Below are positions 36,401-46,256 of a DNA stretch of 64,000 nucleotides, piece after piece. Source of the DNA: a virus; IMG/VR virus record IMGVR_UViG_3300020601_000007, positions 1 through 64,000 of that record. One strand, written 5' to 3'. The first letter of the stretch is position 1. Each line of letters begins with the position of its first letter. The translations under genes were made by a program, and so were the position numbers. The notes beneath the pieces are model-generated. The model was given only the letters and a program-made list of their open reading frames with translations, was not told the DNA's origin and ran no database searches.

Positions 36401-38212
36401 ATGAACATCACAGTGAACTCAGGGGGGCGTGGAAACAAAAGCCAACTTCAGCAGATGACTGCGGTTTATGGTCAACATCAACTGACAGGCGAAGGGCGCC
36501 CTCGCCACGGCATCAACCCGGACAGGACACTCGCCCACTTCAAGGGAGGACAGGTTATTGTCCCAGCAGATGCGGGTGATGAGGACGCCTTCTTTGACAT
36601 GGATGGGAATTTGGTCAAACTTGTCGTCCACCCGATTGAGCCGAATGCAAAGTCTCAGGGGCTTGTCAGCCAGTGTTATGCTCGTGGTCTTGACCCAGCC
36701 GGATATTGGTTCGCTTCGACCGCAGGGCGGCGCAAACTGATGGAGTCTTCGCAGGGTGGAATCCAGAAATCGGGATACATGGAGCACAAAATGAAGCGTG
36801 CCATGGAGAACCTCATGGTCGATGAAAAGCAGCGTGTGATTGACATTCGTTCAGGCAACATCGTTTCTTTTGCTGTGGGCGGCGATGGCCTTCGGCCATA
36901 CCGAGCACGAGGCCCAGATGATGACAAAGGAGAGGGTCTTGACTTCCAACCACTGCTTCTCGACCACCAATGTATTCACGACAGGTCCCTTTATGACCAC
37001 TGCGAAACCTGTGCAAATGGACCTCAGTCCCGGCTGCAATTCGATTTTTTGCCTCAAAACCTTGAGAAACGGATGTTAGAACTGTTTTCCGGCAGGAAAG
37101 TCGACCTCAAGACGGCTGCAAGCCTGAAGAAAGAAGCCAAGCGGTATTATCAAGAGTCCATCGTTCCGACTGGTGAAATGATTGGGTCCACAGCAGCAGC
37201 AAACCTTGGTGAGCCTGCAACACAAGCCGGGTTGCGAGCATTCCACGGTGGTGGAAAGGGAAGCGTCCCAACAGTCGACCGGCTGGTGCAATACCTTGAA
37301 CTCAAGCGAGCAGAACAACAGCAGCCTGTGACCACGGTTTATCTGAAAGACGAATACAACAACGAAGAAAACGCCAAGCGTCTGGCGAATTTCAGCACGG
37401 GCATCAGGCTCAGTGAAATCGTCAAGTCCGTGGAATACGACACGGAAAATTACCGCATCATTGTCAGTTTCAACGAGCAATACAGCGAACTCTTCACCAT
37501 TGATTTCGACTACGTCTACCACACCCTCAACAAGCAAATGAAGAAGTTCGGGAGGGAAATCATTGAGATGACAGCAGGAAACGATGTCATCATTCAATGT
37601 CACGGCGAATACCGAGACCTTTTGCTCGCGAAAGAGTCGCTATCAGCCATTCCAATTTCCGGAATCAGGGACTCAGGATTGGCTTTTGCTGTCCAGAACA
37701 ATGACAACGGACGTTGGGGTGTTGAATTGAAAGGCCCAATCAAGGGAAACGACGAAATCAAAATCCCCACCTTCTGGAAGGACATCGTTGGTGTTCTTGG
37801 GCCGTATTGCGACTTGAGCCTGACTGAGTTCAGTGATTCTTGGATGGTCTACAACATCATGGGACTTGAGGCTTCGCTGATGCATCTGACGCAGATGCTC
37901 TCACGACAAATGAACGGTGCACCCGGTGTGAGCGGCATTGGTCCGCTTGACTATCGCTACATTCGCACGATGACGGACTACATGGGCGTGTTTGGTCGCC
38001 CTGTCGGTCTTGGTGTGGCTGGTCACATGGTGAAATACAACCGTTCGGTTCTTGCTGCGATGGGTGGGGAGAATCCGTGGATGAGCATCATCCCCGGTGC
38101 AGCCGTAGGGAACAGCGACAAATTGCTCGGGCCTGTTGAGGCGGTTTCGTCAGGAAAGACGCTCAATGTTGGGCAGGTGTATCGAGAAAAGACTCAAGCA
38201 GATGATGTTTGA
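33455..38212 (+). CDS. rpo1: DNA-directed RNA polymerase largest subunit, unsplit A'+A'' (Rpo1-like), divergent
   Basis: CGTC...CPGHFGHI zinc site, RAPALHR, catalytic NADYDGD (35447-35467), SGGRG, KSGYMEHKM, GEPATQ...FHGGG; TGATG coupling to rnhA. Confidence 0.93.
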   Translation: MVIMEPEEDSLRVSKFFWFLPYAEIKDTVERGRGQRVFSFDQRFVPSDKFSAAKWFYTDEAAGLRAQSDHMVMVSVQNKTFEPTVNTPVKPDDYLDADIFHTGEETEYPGYIIEAFEAELRFFVVDNFSMFSKVHEWHSLDMGFLSPEEVLAMSKVKVTDPEIYNEDAERSPRRNGPEDIRMGTFEKDTACGTCQKTWKNNFLQSCPGHFGHISLEVPIPNWMFIGGDKEPLSASPLLYALNSTCMHCSGLLIAKKENLELLEEKVTAVRESNLLNTAGYDIIRKTVKMLINVEHSARWSEAGLKKKDVPKNITCPHCEQVSPQLTFHLSYSAGQQFVFAPKEGAYDPEKDEMVYYPYKQVHDWLQDISEKDASMLGFSSGSRPADMFFTNLPVIPVVARPPASTPSGGLVPNDLSDLYSNVVKINNRIKRDRAAASQVERLSKKLFQAVSQLLTGQKSSIGSGGMRTALTKAGLAPQNLRGLFDRITGVGRQKNTMRRNHQGKVNEGVAYSVITPDPSLEINEVGVPYPVCLELTIEEEVTESNIEFLRQCVLNGKQTAIRKGQKYKDIDPSRYPGAHYLRPPSSSGYDLGFEDVPERYRASTRRVVSAEVQIGAKVKRNIIAGDIILFTRAPALHRQNMIAFKVVPSKSRSLSFNPSVCIPFNADYDGDAMRMFVPQTKEAIEEARTTMMPSHQMLHTRYGRTFLTFDQDEISGSYLLTFKNKEAEGGIHPDKRNGWGFDEDGYPILSRNRVLNLLSRAFTRTDDGLDYMTQLPNPISKGPYKGCYRGRDIVSMFIPDGINAEYKAKDGETNVVIEDGIVKEGVLDEKFFGTKSGVLAAAFVYRFGWDEGHRQLERMTNLLSRVVFAAHMEYGFSLGITDISFKGRQAEWIGDPILGGPVGRFYDGIDEKFEEVNERVSEVERLFRSRRLNEIEGITEADLKTALKDPVLAKEQVIGRITKEYEDYAQKSVLDEQPSTNAMNITVNSGGRGNKSQLQQMTAVYGQHQLTGEGRPRHGINPDRTLAHFKGGQVIVPADAGDEDAFFDMDGNLVKLVVHPIEPNAKSQGLVSQCYARGLDPAGYWFASTAGRRKLMESSQGGIQKSGYMEHKMKRAMENLMVDEKQRVIDIRSGNIVSFAVGGDGLRPYRARGPDDDKGEGLDFQPLLLDHQCIHDRSLYDHCETCANGPQSRLQFDFLPQNLEKRMLELFSGRKVDLKTAASLKKEAKRYYQESIVPTGEMIGSTAAANLGEPATQAGLRAFHGGGKGSVPTVDRLVQYLELKRAEQQQPVTTVYLKDEYNNEENAKRLANFSTGIRLSEIVKSVEYDTENYRIIVSFNEQYSELFTIDFDYVYHTLNKQMKKFGREIIEMTAGNDVIIQCHGEYRDLLLAKESLSAIPISGIRDSGLAFAVQNNDNGRWGVELKGPIKGNDEIKIPTFWKDIVGVLGPYCDLSLTEFSDSWMVYNIMGLEASLMHLTQMLSRQMNGAPGVSGIGPLDYRYIRTMTDYMGVFGRPVGLGVAGHMVKYNRSVLAAMGGENPWMSIIPGAAVGNSDKLLGPVEAVSSGKTLNVGQVYREKTQADDV

Positions 38213-40916
38213 ATCCACTATCCAAGGTTCGGATGTCCCACCCCATCGCACGATAAATCGTTGACATGACGTTCTTGACGTGCCGCTGTGCGACTGCTTC
38301 GTAGTCGACGGTGTATTCTGCGATTTCTTCTGCTTCTCGGAAAGCGATGATGCCGTTCGTTGGGATTGGCGTCGGGCCGTCCTTCACAAAAATCCAAGAC
38401 ACAGAGTCGCCCTTCTGGATGTTCTCAGTGCTGTTTGGTGAAAGGTGCTCGTTATACCACAGGCTGATTGTCGAGGACCAATAATTGTCCACGTAGCAAG
38501 CATCCTCGTCCTTTCCTTCGTCTCCTGTTTTGGGGAGGGGGCAGACACCACAATCGCAATTGATTTCCAAGCCACGCCAGTCCAAATGATGTGGGAGGTG
38601 CTTACCGACCTTGACGTTGGCCTTCATCTGTGAGATGTCCTGCTGCCCGCTGACAATGCTCCGCACCAATTTCTTGACATCACGCTGTATCAGTCGCTCG
38701 GACTTCCCGTCAAACAGTTTCTTCAAGGTTTCAATCTGCACATCACGACCCACAGGAGCAGTGTTCGTTTGCTTTGCTTCCATGCCGCTCATTTTGATGC
38801 GGGCCCATGGGTCGGTGTTGATGTCGTAATCCAGCACCTTGAATCCCTTCTTGTCGTCCCACACCTTGCGCCCTGCGTATCGGTTCTTCTTGGCGATGAA
38901 ATACCGGTCCATGATGACCTCAAGGTCAACCACAACAGCGTCGGATTGAAGTTTTTCTTGAATGCTTTCCGTCAAGAGTGTGCAGACGCGCTCAGATTCT
39001 TCCAGAACCTGCTCCTTGGTCCATTCTGATGGCATCGTGACGAAAATCGAATCAGTGTGACCGAACACCACTCGGTGACCCTCCTTCTCAGCGAGGTCTT
39101 TGATGAACAGCAGCGAGTCCCTTCCACCTTTGGTGATGGTTGCAGCAACGTCTCGGTCATACCAACTGAATTTGTCAAAGGCCATGATACCGTAAAAGGA
39201 TGCACGAAGACGCTTGACGTTCAATTGCATGGTGTTCCACTTGAGGGCACCCTTCTTGTCGCCATTGGCTTCTGCCTCCTTGAGAAGCGCTTTGTATTCA
39301 TCACGCTTCTTGTCAAGGTCGAGAACGATGCGTGGAAGCACACCCATAGGGCTGCGACGGAAGCGAACACCGTTGTGTCCAATGATGTCATCCGGCAGGT
39401 GTTCCATCCCGGGACGAACCTTGGTGCTGGAACAGGTGTTTTGCGAAACCATCATTGAGGGGTAAAGGCCAGCGAAGTCTTTGATGACAGTCCAATCGTG
39501 CAGACCGACAGAATCAGTGTAGACATCGTAGTCATCTGGCTCTCGTTCCTGAGGTTCTTTTTCTGGGTTCATCACGATGGCACCTCGCAGTTTCTCTTCC
39601 TCGTCTTCATCATCCTGCTGCTCCTCATTCCACCCCGGTGTTTCGCTCTTCCAGTCGGCGTAGCGCTCGAATTGAGTGCGAGCGAGATAGGTTGCATAGA
39701 AGGTGGATTTGAACTGACAACCAGCAAAGGCCTGCATGGACTTGAAGGAATTGATGACGTTGTATGCGTTGTCAATTTCAACCAGCAATTCGACGTCACG
39801 GATGTTGTATTGAAGGAACTCGTCCCAGTCCTTGTCGTAGTCCTTGGAGAAGAAGTCGGGGCTCGGTTGCTTCCCTCGTCCAAAGAGTGTTTGGGCAACG
39901 GTTTCCAAGCGATTCCCGGGCAGTTCGTTGTTTGTGCTGTCCTTATACAGACGACGGAAGGCCACCATCATGTCCAGCGTGTCGATTCCTCGGATAGGCT
40001 GGTATTGCCACTTGTATTCTCGGCCACCTTTGAAGGACGGTGGGTCGACGATACCGTATGGTGAAAGAACAGCACCACCGAACACCTGTCGGCGGAATAG
40101 ACCGTTCTCGCACTGACCCGCCATGCTGTTCATTGGGTGCGGGATGTCCAGTGATTCCATGCGATGATACAGAACAGGGAAGTCGTATCCAGCACTGTTC
40201 CACCCTGTGAGAACATCGAAGTCCATGGAAAAGACCCAATCAGCAAAGTGCGTGAGCATTTCCCGCTCGGTAGCGAAGCGGTATTCAAAGCCCCATTCAT
40301 GCTTGGTGTTCTGACGCTCCCACTTTGGGTGGCAGGCAAAGGCAGTGTATTGCTTGGTGAAATTGGAATACACCACGATGGAGTTCACCATTTGATTGTC
40401 CTGCCAGATGTTCAGCCGGGTGTTTTCCAACCAGTCCATTTTGTCTGGGTCGTCACCACGGAATTGGAGTGCTTCGATGTCAAAATACCCCACATGGTAG
40501 TCGGAGTCGTGCGATTCAAGGTCGAGTTTCTGGTCAATGACGACAGCGTCCTCCTGTGGGAGGTCAGCCCCATACACAGGCCCGTAATTGTTGAGGAAAT
40601 AGCGCACCTTCGCAGACGTGTAGCATTCGACACGATACAGCGGCTGCTTGTCCTCGGTCTGTCCGTCTTGAACAAAGGAATGAATCTCCTCATTGTTCTT
40701 GAAATATGCAAGCACTTGGTCAGTCGTCTCGAAGTCGATACCGCGCCCGTTGCGAAGCAAACGGAAGGTCTTGGGAGACATGAAGAAGCGAGGGTATTGG
40801 TCATAGAAATCCACCTTTCGGCAACCGTCCTCACGGTATCGCACTGCAACACGATGTCCGTCAGTCGGGCGTCCTTTCCACCCCGGCGATTGTTCACAGA
40901 TGCTGATGTTGGTCAT
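38163..40916 (-). CDS. polB: family B DNA polymerase with 3'-5' exonuclease
   Basis: FDIE, GWNSAGYD, YNIRDV, DFAGLYPS, KRLRASFYG, FGHTDS, KKNRYAG. Confidence 0.93.
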   Translation of the reverse strand: MTNISICEQSPGWKGRPTDGHRVAVRYREDGCRKVDFYDQYPRFFMSPKTFRLLRNGRGIDFETTDQVLAYFKNNEEIHSFVQDGQTEDKQPLYRVECYTSAKVRYFLNNYGPVYGADLPQEDAVVIDQKLDLESHDSDYHVGYFDIEALQFRGDDPDKMDWLENTRLNIWQDNQMVNSIVVYSNFTKQYTAFACHPKWERQNTKHEWGFEYRFATEREMLTHFADWVFSMDFDVLTGWNSAGYDFPVLYHRMESLDIPHPMNSMAGQCENGLFRRQVFGGAVLSPYGIVDPPSFKGGREYKWQYQPIRGIDTLDMMVAFRRLYKDSTNNELPGNRLETVAQTLFGRGKQPSPDFFSKDYDKDWDEFLQYNIRDVELLVEIDNAYNVINSFKSMQAFAGCQFKSTFYATYLARTQFERYADWKSETPGWNEEQQDDEDEEEKLRGAIVMNPEKEPQEREPDDYDVYTDSVGLHDWTVIKDFAGLYPSMMVSQNTCSSTKVRPGMEHLPDDIIGHNGVRFRRSPMGVLPRIVLDLDKKRDEYKALLKEAEANGDKKGALKWNTMQLNVKRLRASFYGIMAFDKFSWYDRDVAATITKGGRDSLLFIKDLAEKEGHRVVFGHTDSIFVTMPSEWTKEQVLEESERVCTLLTESIQEKLQSDAVVVDLEVIMDRYFIAKKNRYAGRKVWDDKKGFKVLDYDINTDPWARIKMSGMEAKQTNTAPVGRDVQIETLKKLFDGKSERLIQRDVKKLVRSIVSGQQDISQMKANVKVGKHLPHHLDWRGLEINCDCGVCPLPKTGDEGKDEDACYVDNYWSSTISLWYNEHLSPNSTENIQKGDSVSWIFVKDGPTPIPTNGIIAFREAEEIAEYTVDYEAVAQRHVKNVMSTIYRAMGWDIRTLDSGFKHHLLESFLDTPAQH

Positions 40917-41116
40917 TTTGAAACCTCCTCGCCACTCGGTAGCGAAGCACCCGTGAATCGCCACTCATGAGCAGTCACCTTGAGGTTTTTGAGGAACAGC
41001 AACTCCAAAGCCTCACCGAGGTGCTTTTTGCAGACGTGAACAGTGGATACCAAATGGGTTTTGCCCTCAGTGACGGCTGGGTCGCCACAAAAATCGCACT
41101 TGGGGAAAAAGGTCAT
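40913..41116 (-). CDS. small zinc-finger protein
   Basis: CDFC...CKKH; overlaps the polB start. Confidence 0.6.
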   Translation of the reverse strand: MTFFPKCDFCGDPAVTEGKTHLVSTVHVCKKHLGEALELLFLKNLKVTAHEWRFTGASLPSGEEVSK

Positions 41117-41246
41117 TTCTTCCCCTCCCTCTTGTAATAGGCGTCGGCCTCACGCAATTGCTTGAGGAACCATTTCTGCACCTCAGATGATGCTTTCGGG
41201 TCGTGGTATCCTGCACGCAATTTTGCCAAGTCGTATTTTTGCTTCT

Positions 41247-42101
41247 TCATGGTGTCACCTCGTCAGCGATGCGCACAACGCTCCCGTCGTGGTTGTATTC
41301 GATTGCGCGATGGTGAGCGAGCCACAGAAGGGGGTAATAATGGCCCTCGAAATATTCAGAACGATGAGCGTGTCCTGCCCATGCGTCCGTTGAGACGCCG
41401 AAGAACGGTGCGATGTATTCACGGATTTCTTTGGAGGTGATGACATGTCCTTTCTCAAAGCGTTGCAGCCAAACCCACATGATGCGAGCGTAGCGTTTGT
41501 TGACGCGATGAACCTGCTCTTTGACCTCGCCCGTTTCCCTGTTCTTTCGGAACACGGTGAGGTAAATGTCTCCCTCTTTGTTGTCAATGCGGGTGTATCG
41601 TTCCTTCTTTTCTGTCTGCAAAAGCAAACGGGCGCCTTCGATACCTTCGGAGATGGGAAGCACTGTCTGCCCGGGTAGCAGTTCGATTTCTTCGGGCACA
41701 TCCTCCATCATGTCTTGCGTTGCCTGTGCGACTTCTTTTGCAGTGCAGCCAGCGACACATTTGAAGCCGACCAAAGCGACTTGGAGGTTGTTTTGCTTGT
41801 TGTCCTTCCCCTTGGCAGCACACGAAGGGCACTGAGCGGAATACCAACCATCACCACCAGAGCGGGTGAGGTTCACCAAATGCTCTCGTGCCTCCCACAC
41901 GCTGTTCTCACCGCGTGCGTCAAGGAAAGGCAGTGGTTTGCCTGAATTGTGGGCTTCGACCAGTGCCTCGAGTCGTGCAAGTTCAGCCTCGCTTGAAAAC
42001 AGGACGAAGCCATTGGACACCCGCTGGTGTTTCAGTTTGTAGTCGGCCCGGGGAACATCCCCTGCCATCTCCAAGTAAGTCATCACTGGAACGCTGAACA
42101 T
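41247..42101 (-). CDS. protein with primase-type zinc-binding domain
   Basis: WYSAQCPSC...D...NLQV...FKCVAGC; TTTAT box upstream. Confidence 0.6.
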   Translation of the reverse strand: MFSVPVMTYLEMAGDVPRADYKLKHQRVSNGFVLFSSEAELARLEALVEAHNSGKPLPFLDARGENSVWEAREHLVNLTRSGGDGWYSAQCPSCAAKGKDNKQNNLQVALVGFKCVAGCTAKEVAQATQDMMEDVPEEIELLPGQTVLPISEGIEGARLLLQTEKKERYTRIDNKEGDIYLTVFRKNRETGEVKEQVHRVNKRYARIMWVWLQRFEKGHVITSKEIREYIAPFFGVSTDAWAGHAHRSEYFEGHYYPLLWLAHHRAIEYNHDGSVVRIADEVTP

Positions 42102-42139
42102 AGGCGGCTCTCATCGCCTCAAGCACATAAACCTTCAGG

Positions 42140-42685
42140 TCAGACTTGCGTATCCTCATCATCGGGAACGGTGTCCTGCGAGCCCTTGCCGACTTTGGGA
42201 ACAGCCGAGACGACTGTTTTCAGGGTCTTGTCAACAGCACCCATGGCGGAACCAGCAACGTATCGTGCAGGGTTGATTTTCTCGTCTGCATCCTTGTCTC
42301 GGAGGGCAGATGGGACACCTTGGTTGGTCATGTGGTGAAGCATGAGCCATGCTTGCGCATCGGTCAGTTCTTCACCGTGGCCTTCACGGACCCAGTGCTT
42401 GATGGTCTTCAGAACTGCACGGTATCCGTGCTCAGCGAATTGCTTGTTCATCGTGTCAATCCAGTCTTCTTGCAGAATGACGATGTTCTTGAACGTCTTT
42501 GCCAGAATACCGACTTCTTTTCCTTCGTAATCGTAGCGGACCTCTTTGCCCATGAAGTGGGCTGGAACGCAGCGGCCATATAACTTACCGAAGAATCGCA
42601 CGAAAAATGTCGAAATCATAGAGCGGTCGGATTTCACTTTGCGGTTCAGTTTCATTACCACACTGATTGCCTCGTGATTTTGCAT
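42140..42685 (-). CDS. hypothetical protein
   Basis: 181 aa; start uncertain. Confidence 0.6.
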   Translation of the reverse strand: MQNHEAISVVMKLNRKVKSDRSMISTFFVRFFGKLYGRCVPAHFMGKEVRYDYEGKEVGILAKTFKNIVILQEDWIDTMNKQFAEHGYRAVLKTIKHWVREGHGEELTDAQAWLMLHHMTNQGVPSALRDKDADEKINPARYVAGSAMGAVDKTLKTVVSAVPKVGKGSQDTVPDDEDTQV

Positions 42686-42832
42686 CAGTGTCTTTCAGTG
42701 CAGCGTTTGTGTGGAGATTCACCCCCAGCCAGTCATAAAGAACCCAAAAATCGTCATCCCGTTTTTTGTTCTCAAAACACTCATAACGTCCGTTCTGCAT
42801 GCTCATTTTGCGATGTTTTTTTTGAAGAGCCA

Positions 42833-43153
42833 TCAAATCACCTTGCAGCGCAGAGTCTCCTGCCCGCACTTTGGACACTGCGTAGGCGTATGAAGTTCTT
42901 TGGGCTCCCCGAGCCCTGTCATTTGGTTGCGGTAGTCGCAGGGACCGGTGCAGATGAACAGAAATGTCCGTGCCTTTCCGAGGAGCACCTCGCCAAAGCG
43001 CTCGAATTGTGCACACACCTTCAGCATCTCCGAATCGGTGATTTCCAGTTCAGCCACCTTGATTCCCTTTGCTTTCACGATGAAATTCCAGCCGTTTGCC
43101 ACCTGTCCGACATTGAAACTCATTCCGTTCTTCTCAAGAATTTTCTCGCTCAC
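42833..43153 (-). CDS. zinc-ribbon protein
   Basis: CTGPC...CPKCG; GTGA overlap with the recombinase stop. Confidence 0.6.
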   Translation of the reverse strand: MSEKILEKNGMSFNVGQVANGWNFIVKAKGIKVAELEITDSEMLKVCAQFERFGEVLLGKARTFLFICTGPCDYRNQMTGLGEPKELHTPTQCPKCGQETLRCKVI

Positions 43154-44061
43154 AACAATGCCTCCCATTCGTATTCGTGATTTTCTCCATCCTCAGTCTG
43201 ATATTTTCCTTTGTAGAATTCTTCCTTTTGGATGATGCCTCGGATTGTTGGGCCGGTCCAAACCTTCCCCTCCTGACGGGTGGGAACGTTCCTTTCATCC
43301 AGCGCCTTTGCCACCTCAGAATAGGTCATCCCTGAGCGATGGAGAGCGAATATTTCTTTCAAAATGGGAACCTCTGAAGGCTCTGGAACCAGCATTCCCT
43401 TGTCCTCACTTTCCTCCGTCTTAGCGAAGAGCGATGCATAGCCGTATGGTGGACGGCCAGTGTGTTTCCCAGCGTTCTTTTTGCCTCGCAGTCCTGCTTT
43501 CGTGCGTGCCTTGATGAGGTCCACCTCCATGGCCGCAAAGGCTGTCATGATGCGGAAAATAAGCATCCCAACCGGGGTCGTAGTGTCAACTTGAATGTCA
43601 AGAAAAGCGAAGTCTCGGTCAGCCGTTCGCAGCGTATCCGCCCACTCACCAGCGTTCCTGACGTTGCGGTGGAGGCGGTCCATTTTGGCCCCGACAACCA
43701 CATCCCATTCATTCATTTCCTCCATCATCTGCTGATAGGCTGGCCGTGAAACGTTCGTTCCTGAGAAACCCTCATCCCGATACACCTTGACGACCTCCCA
43801 GCCTTGCATGGCGCAATAGGCACGGCACTCTCGCACCTGCTGGTCGATGGAGGTCTCCGATTGAAGGTCGGTTGATACCCGTCCGTAAATGACGGCTCGA
43901 ATCGGTTCCTCAGATGTTTCAGAACCCCCCCTTGTCAGAAGGGGGGCAAATGACAGGATTCCAACAGGGATGGTATAAGCAAGTGAATGAATCAGGTATG
44001 CAATCATCGGTTTGCCCTCATAATCAGGGGGTAAAGCGGTGGAAATAAAGGTTGGTGCCAT
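43150..44061 (-). CDS. serine recombinase (resolvase plus recombinase domain)
   Basis: YGRVSTDLQ catalytic Ser, DEGFSG, RPAYQQM, DRLHR, GRPPYGY; start uncertain. Confidence 0.9.
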   Translation of the reverse strand: MAPTFISTALPPDYEGKPMIAYLIHSLAYTIPVGILSFAPLLTRGGSETSEEPIRAVIYGRVSTDLQSETSIDQQVRECRAYCAMQGWEVVKVYRDEGFSGTNVSRPAYQQMMEEMNEWDVVVGAKMDRLHRNVRNAGEWADTLRTADRDFAFLDIQVDTTTPVGMLIFRIMTAFAAMEVDLIKARTKAGLRGKKNAGKHTGRPPYGYASLFAKTEESEDKGMLVPEPSEVPILKEIFALHRSGMTYSEVAKALDERNVPTRQEGKVWTGPTIRGIIQKEEFYKGKYQTEDGENHEYEWEALL

Positions 44062-44327
44062 GTAATGTGGGCACTTTACATCTGGCCATGAACCCTTTCC
44101 TTTACCATTTCACCCTTTACATCTCCACTTTTTGCTGTTTTTTGCCCCTTTAGGGGGGGTATGAAGGGGTAAAATCAGGATTCTTGAAAAAATCTGCTGA
44201 ATTCTGGCCAAAAAGAGGGATTTCGGGGGTTCGACACCCGAACTCCCCCTATTTCCCTTGAAGGGTGGGTTTGCACAAGGGGCCTTTCTGCAAAAGGTTA
44301 TAGGCCTTTGAGCCTGAGACAAAATTC

Positions 44328-44573
44328 ATGGCTCGACACAAGAGGACGCTTCGGTTCATTCACCGCATCCTCGAGGAAAGCGATAGGCCCCTGACGGCAG
44401 ACGCCATCCGAGACCTCATGGCATTGATGCAACATGGTTACAAAGGAACAGCATCCAGCACCCCCTCTACGAGGGTCATCGCTCAATTGCTCTGTCGGAA
44501 GCAATTCGAGAAAGTCGACACCCTGCCTTGTCGGACAGGGCTATATACGCTCGCCACGGAGGAATCATCATGA
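44328..44573 (+). CDS. winged-helix-like protein
   Basis: ILEESDRPLTADAIRD; TTATA box about 30 nt upstream. Confidence 0.55.
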   Translation: MARHKRTLRFIHRILEESDRPLTADAIRDLMALMQHGYKGTASSTPSTRVIAQLLCRKQFEKVDTLPCRTGLYTLATEESS

Positions 44574-45485
44574 ACGAAGTGAGCGTTTTCATTGGCGTCC
44601 TTGCGGCTGTCCTGACATATTTTTTCGCTCCGTTTTTGTTCCGAAAGGAACCAACGGAACGCGTCGTTTATTCGAGGGGATACGTCCCAGCCCGCTGGAT
44701 GTGGGAAATCGAACTGATGGAAAAGGAGGAGGAATGATGTATCACGAATCTGAAGAAGGAAAGCGAGTCAAAGAGTGGGAGAGTGAATTCAAGGAAAACC
44801 TTGACGCTTTTGACAGGCATGAGGAGGCCCACATGCAGTGCCCCACATGCTACGAATTGTTTCCAAATGCGGCGCCAGCGTTCATCTCACTGTTGCTCAG
44901 TGTTGAGTGCATCCCCTGTTGGACAGCAAGGAAATACCCCGGGAAGGTGGAAGACGAATGAAATATTGGGTGAATTTTGACAAGGTGCTGAATGCGAAGG
45001 ACGCCCGAAAGCAGGGCCTCAATCCTGTTATTCGGTGGCACAGCCCCGGTATGAGACTGGGCAAGAGCGTGATTTTCAAGTCCGAATCCGGTTGGAAATA
45101 CCCTCTTTGTGAGGTCTGTGATGAACAGGATTGGCCGGGTGTTGACGGTATCGCCAACGGGTGCGGGCTGATTGAATACCCAAAACGTTCCATGAACTTT
45201 TGGTGCACGTTTTGTTTCATGAACAATCACGCAGAAAAGGTCGTTCATCGGATTTTAGGAACACCGGAAGAACGGGGGTGGGATTGAATGACCGAAGTGC
45301 TTGACGCCAAAATGAAGGACGAGTGTCACATCATGCTCCTTGTGCGCCGAGACAGCGGTGACGTGTGGGAAGACTACGGTTCCATCCTGCGCGTTGAGCG
45401 GGCCATTTTCGACGGTCTGCTCGACTGGGTTGGAGACAAAGAGCCACCTGAGTGGTGGGAGGGAAAGAAGCATGGGATTGCATGA
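44570..45485 (+). other. run of four small coupled hypothetical ORFs (44570-44737, 44734-44961, 44958-45287, 45288-45485)
   Basis: ATGA overlaps and GGAGG-type RBS; two carry CxxC pairs. Confidence 0.55.
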
Positions 45486-46014
45486 AAATTTCGGAAGCGG
45501 GAACGCAGATGCGAACCCTGAACTCAAGCCAAACGATGTCATCATGACACCACGACATATCGCCAAGCAGATGATTGACTTCTACGAAATCAAGGACTGT
45601 GAGAGGGTGCTTGACCCCTGCGCAGGCGACGGAGCGTTCTTCGACCAATACCCCAAGGAGGCCATCAAATACCGTATGGAAATCAGTGAGGGTTTGGACT
45701 TCTTCGATTGGGATGTCAATCGCAGCCCGCATATTGACTGGATTATCACCAATCCGCCATACAGCATTTTCCCGCAGTTCCTTGAGCACTGCTTCAAAGT
45801 CGCAGACAACGTGTGTTTGCTGATTCCCTTGGCCAAATTGGTGTCAAGCCTGAAGCGAATCAACATGGTGATGGACTACGGCGGCATTGTTTCCATGCGT
45901 GTCATCGGTGCCAGCCGCTGTGGATTCCCATTTGGTTTCCCTGCTGCCGCTATCCACATGAAGCGAGGATACACAGGGGAGACACTGATTGAGATGTGGG
46001 AGGACAGCCAATGA
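45472..46014 (+). CDS. N6-adenine DNA methyltransferase
   Basis: VLDPCAGDG (motif I), IITNPPY (motif IV). Confidence 0.85.
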   Translation: MGLHENFGSGNADANPELKPNDVIMTPRHIAKQMIDFYEIKDCERVLDPCAGDGAFFDQYPKEAIKYRMEISEGLDFFDWDVNRSPHIDWIITNPPYSIFPQFLEHCFKVADNVCLLIPLAKLVSSLKRINMVMDYGGIVSMRVIGASRCGFPFGFPAAAIHMKRGYTGETLIEMWEDSQ

Positions 46015-46256
46015 CCTTCCCGAGGAAGCAACAGCGAGAGTGTGCCAACCTTCACTGCCGACGGCTGATTTCCAACCACTACAAGAATTGCGTGAGGTGC
46101 GGAACATGCGCACGCTTGGAGAGGGAGGCGAATGAATGATTGTCAAGCGCTGGTGCCGCCGTTGCGGTCAACAGAAGCCCCTCAAGGATTTCGATGAGGC
46201 AGGAGACCACCTCCGCCGATATTGCAGCGAGAGATGCGTCTCAGGAATCAAGTGAG

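Noticed and set aside
33455-40916. Inteins or introns in RNAP or PolB; stop-codon reassignment; diversity-generating retroelement
   Set aside because: No intein splice or LAGLIDADG motifs seen; conserved genes are full length in the standard code; no reverse transcriptase or A-specific repeat pair in the window
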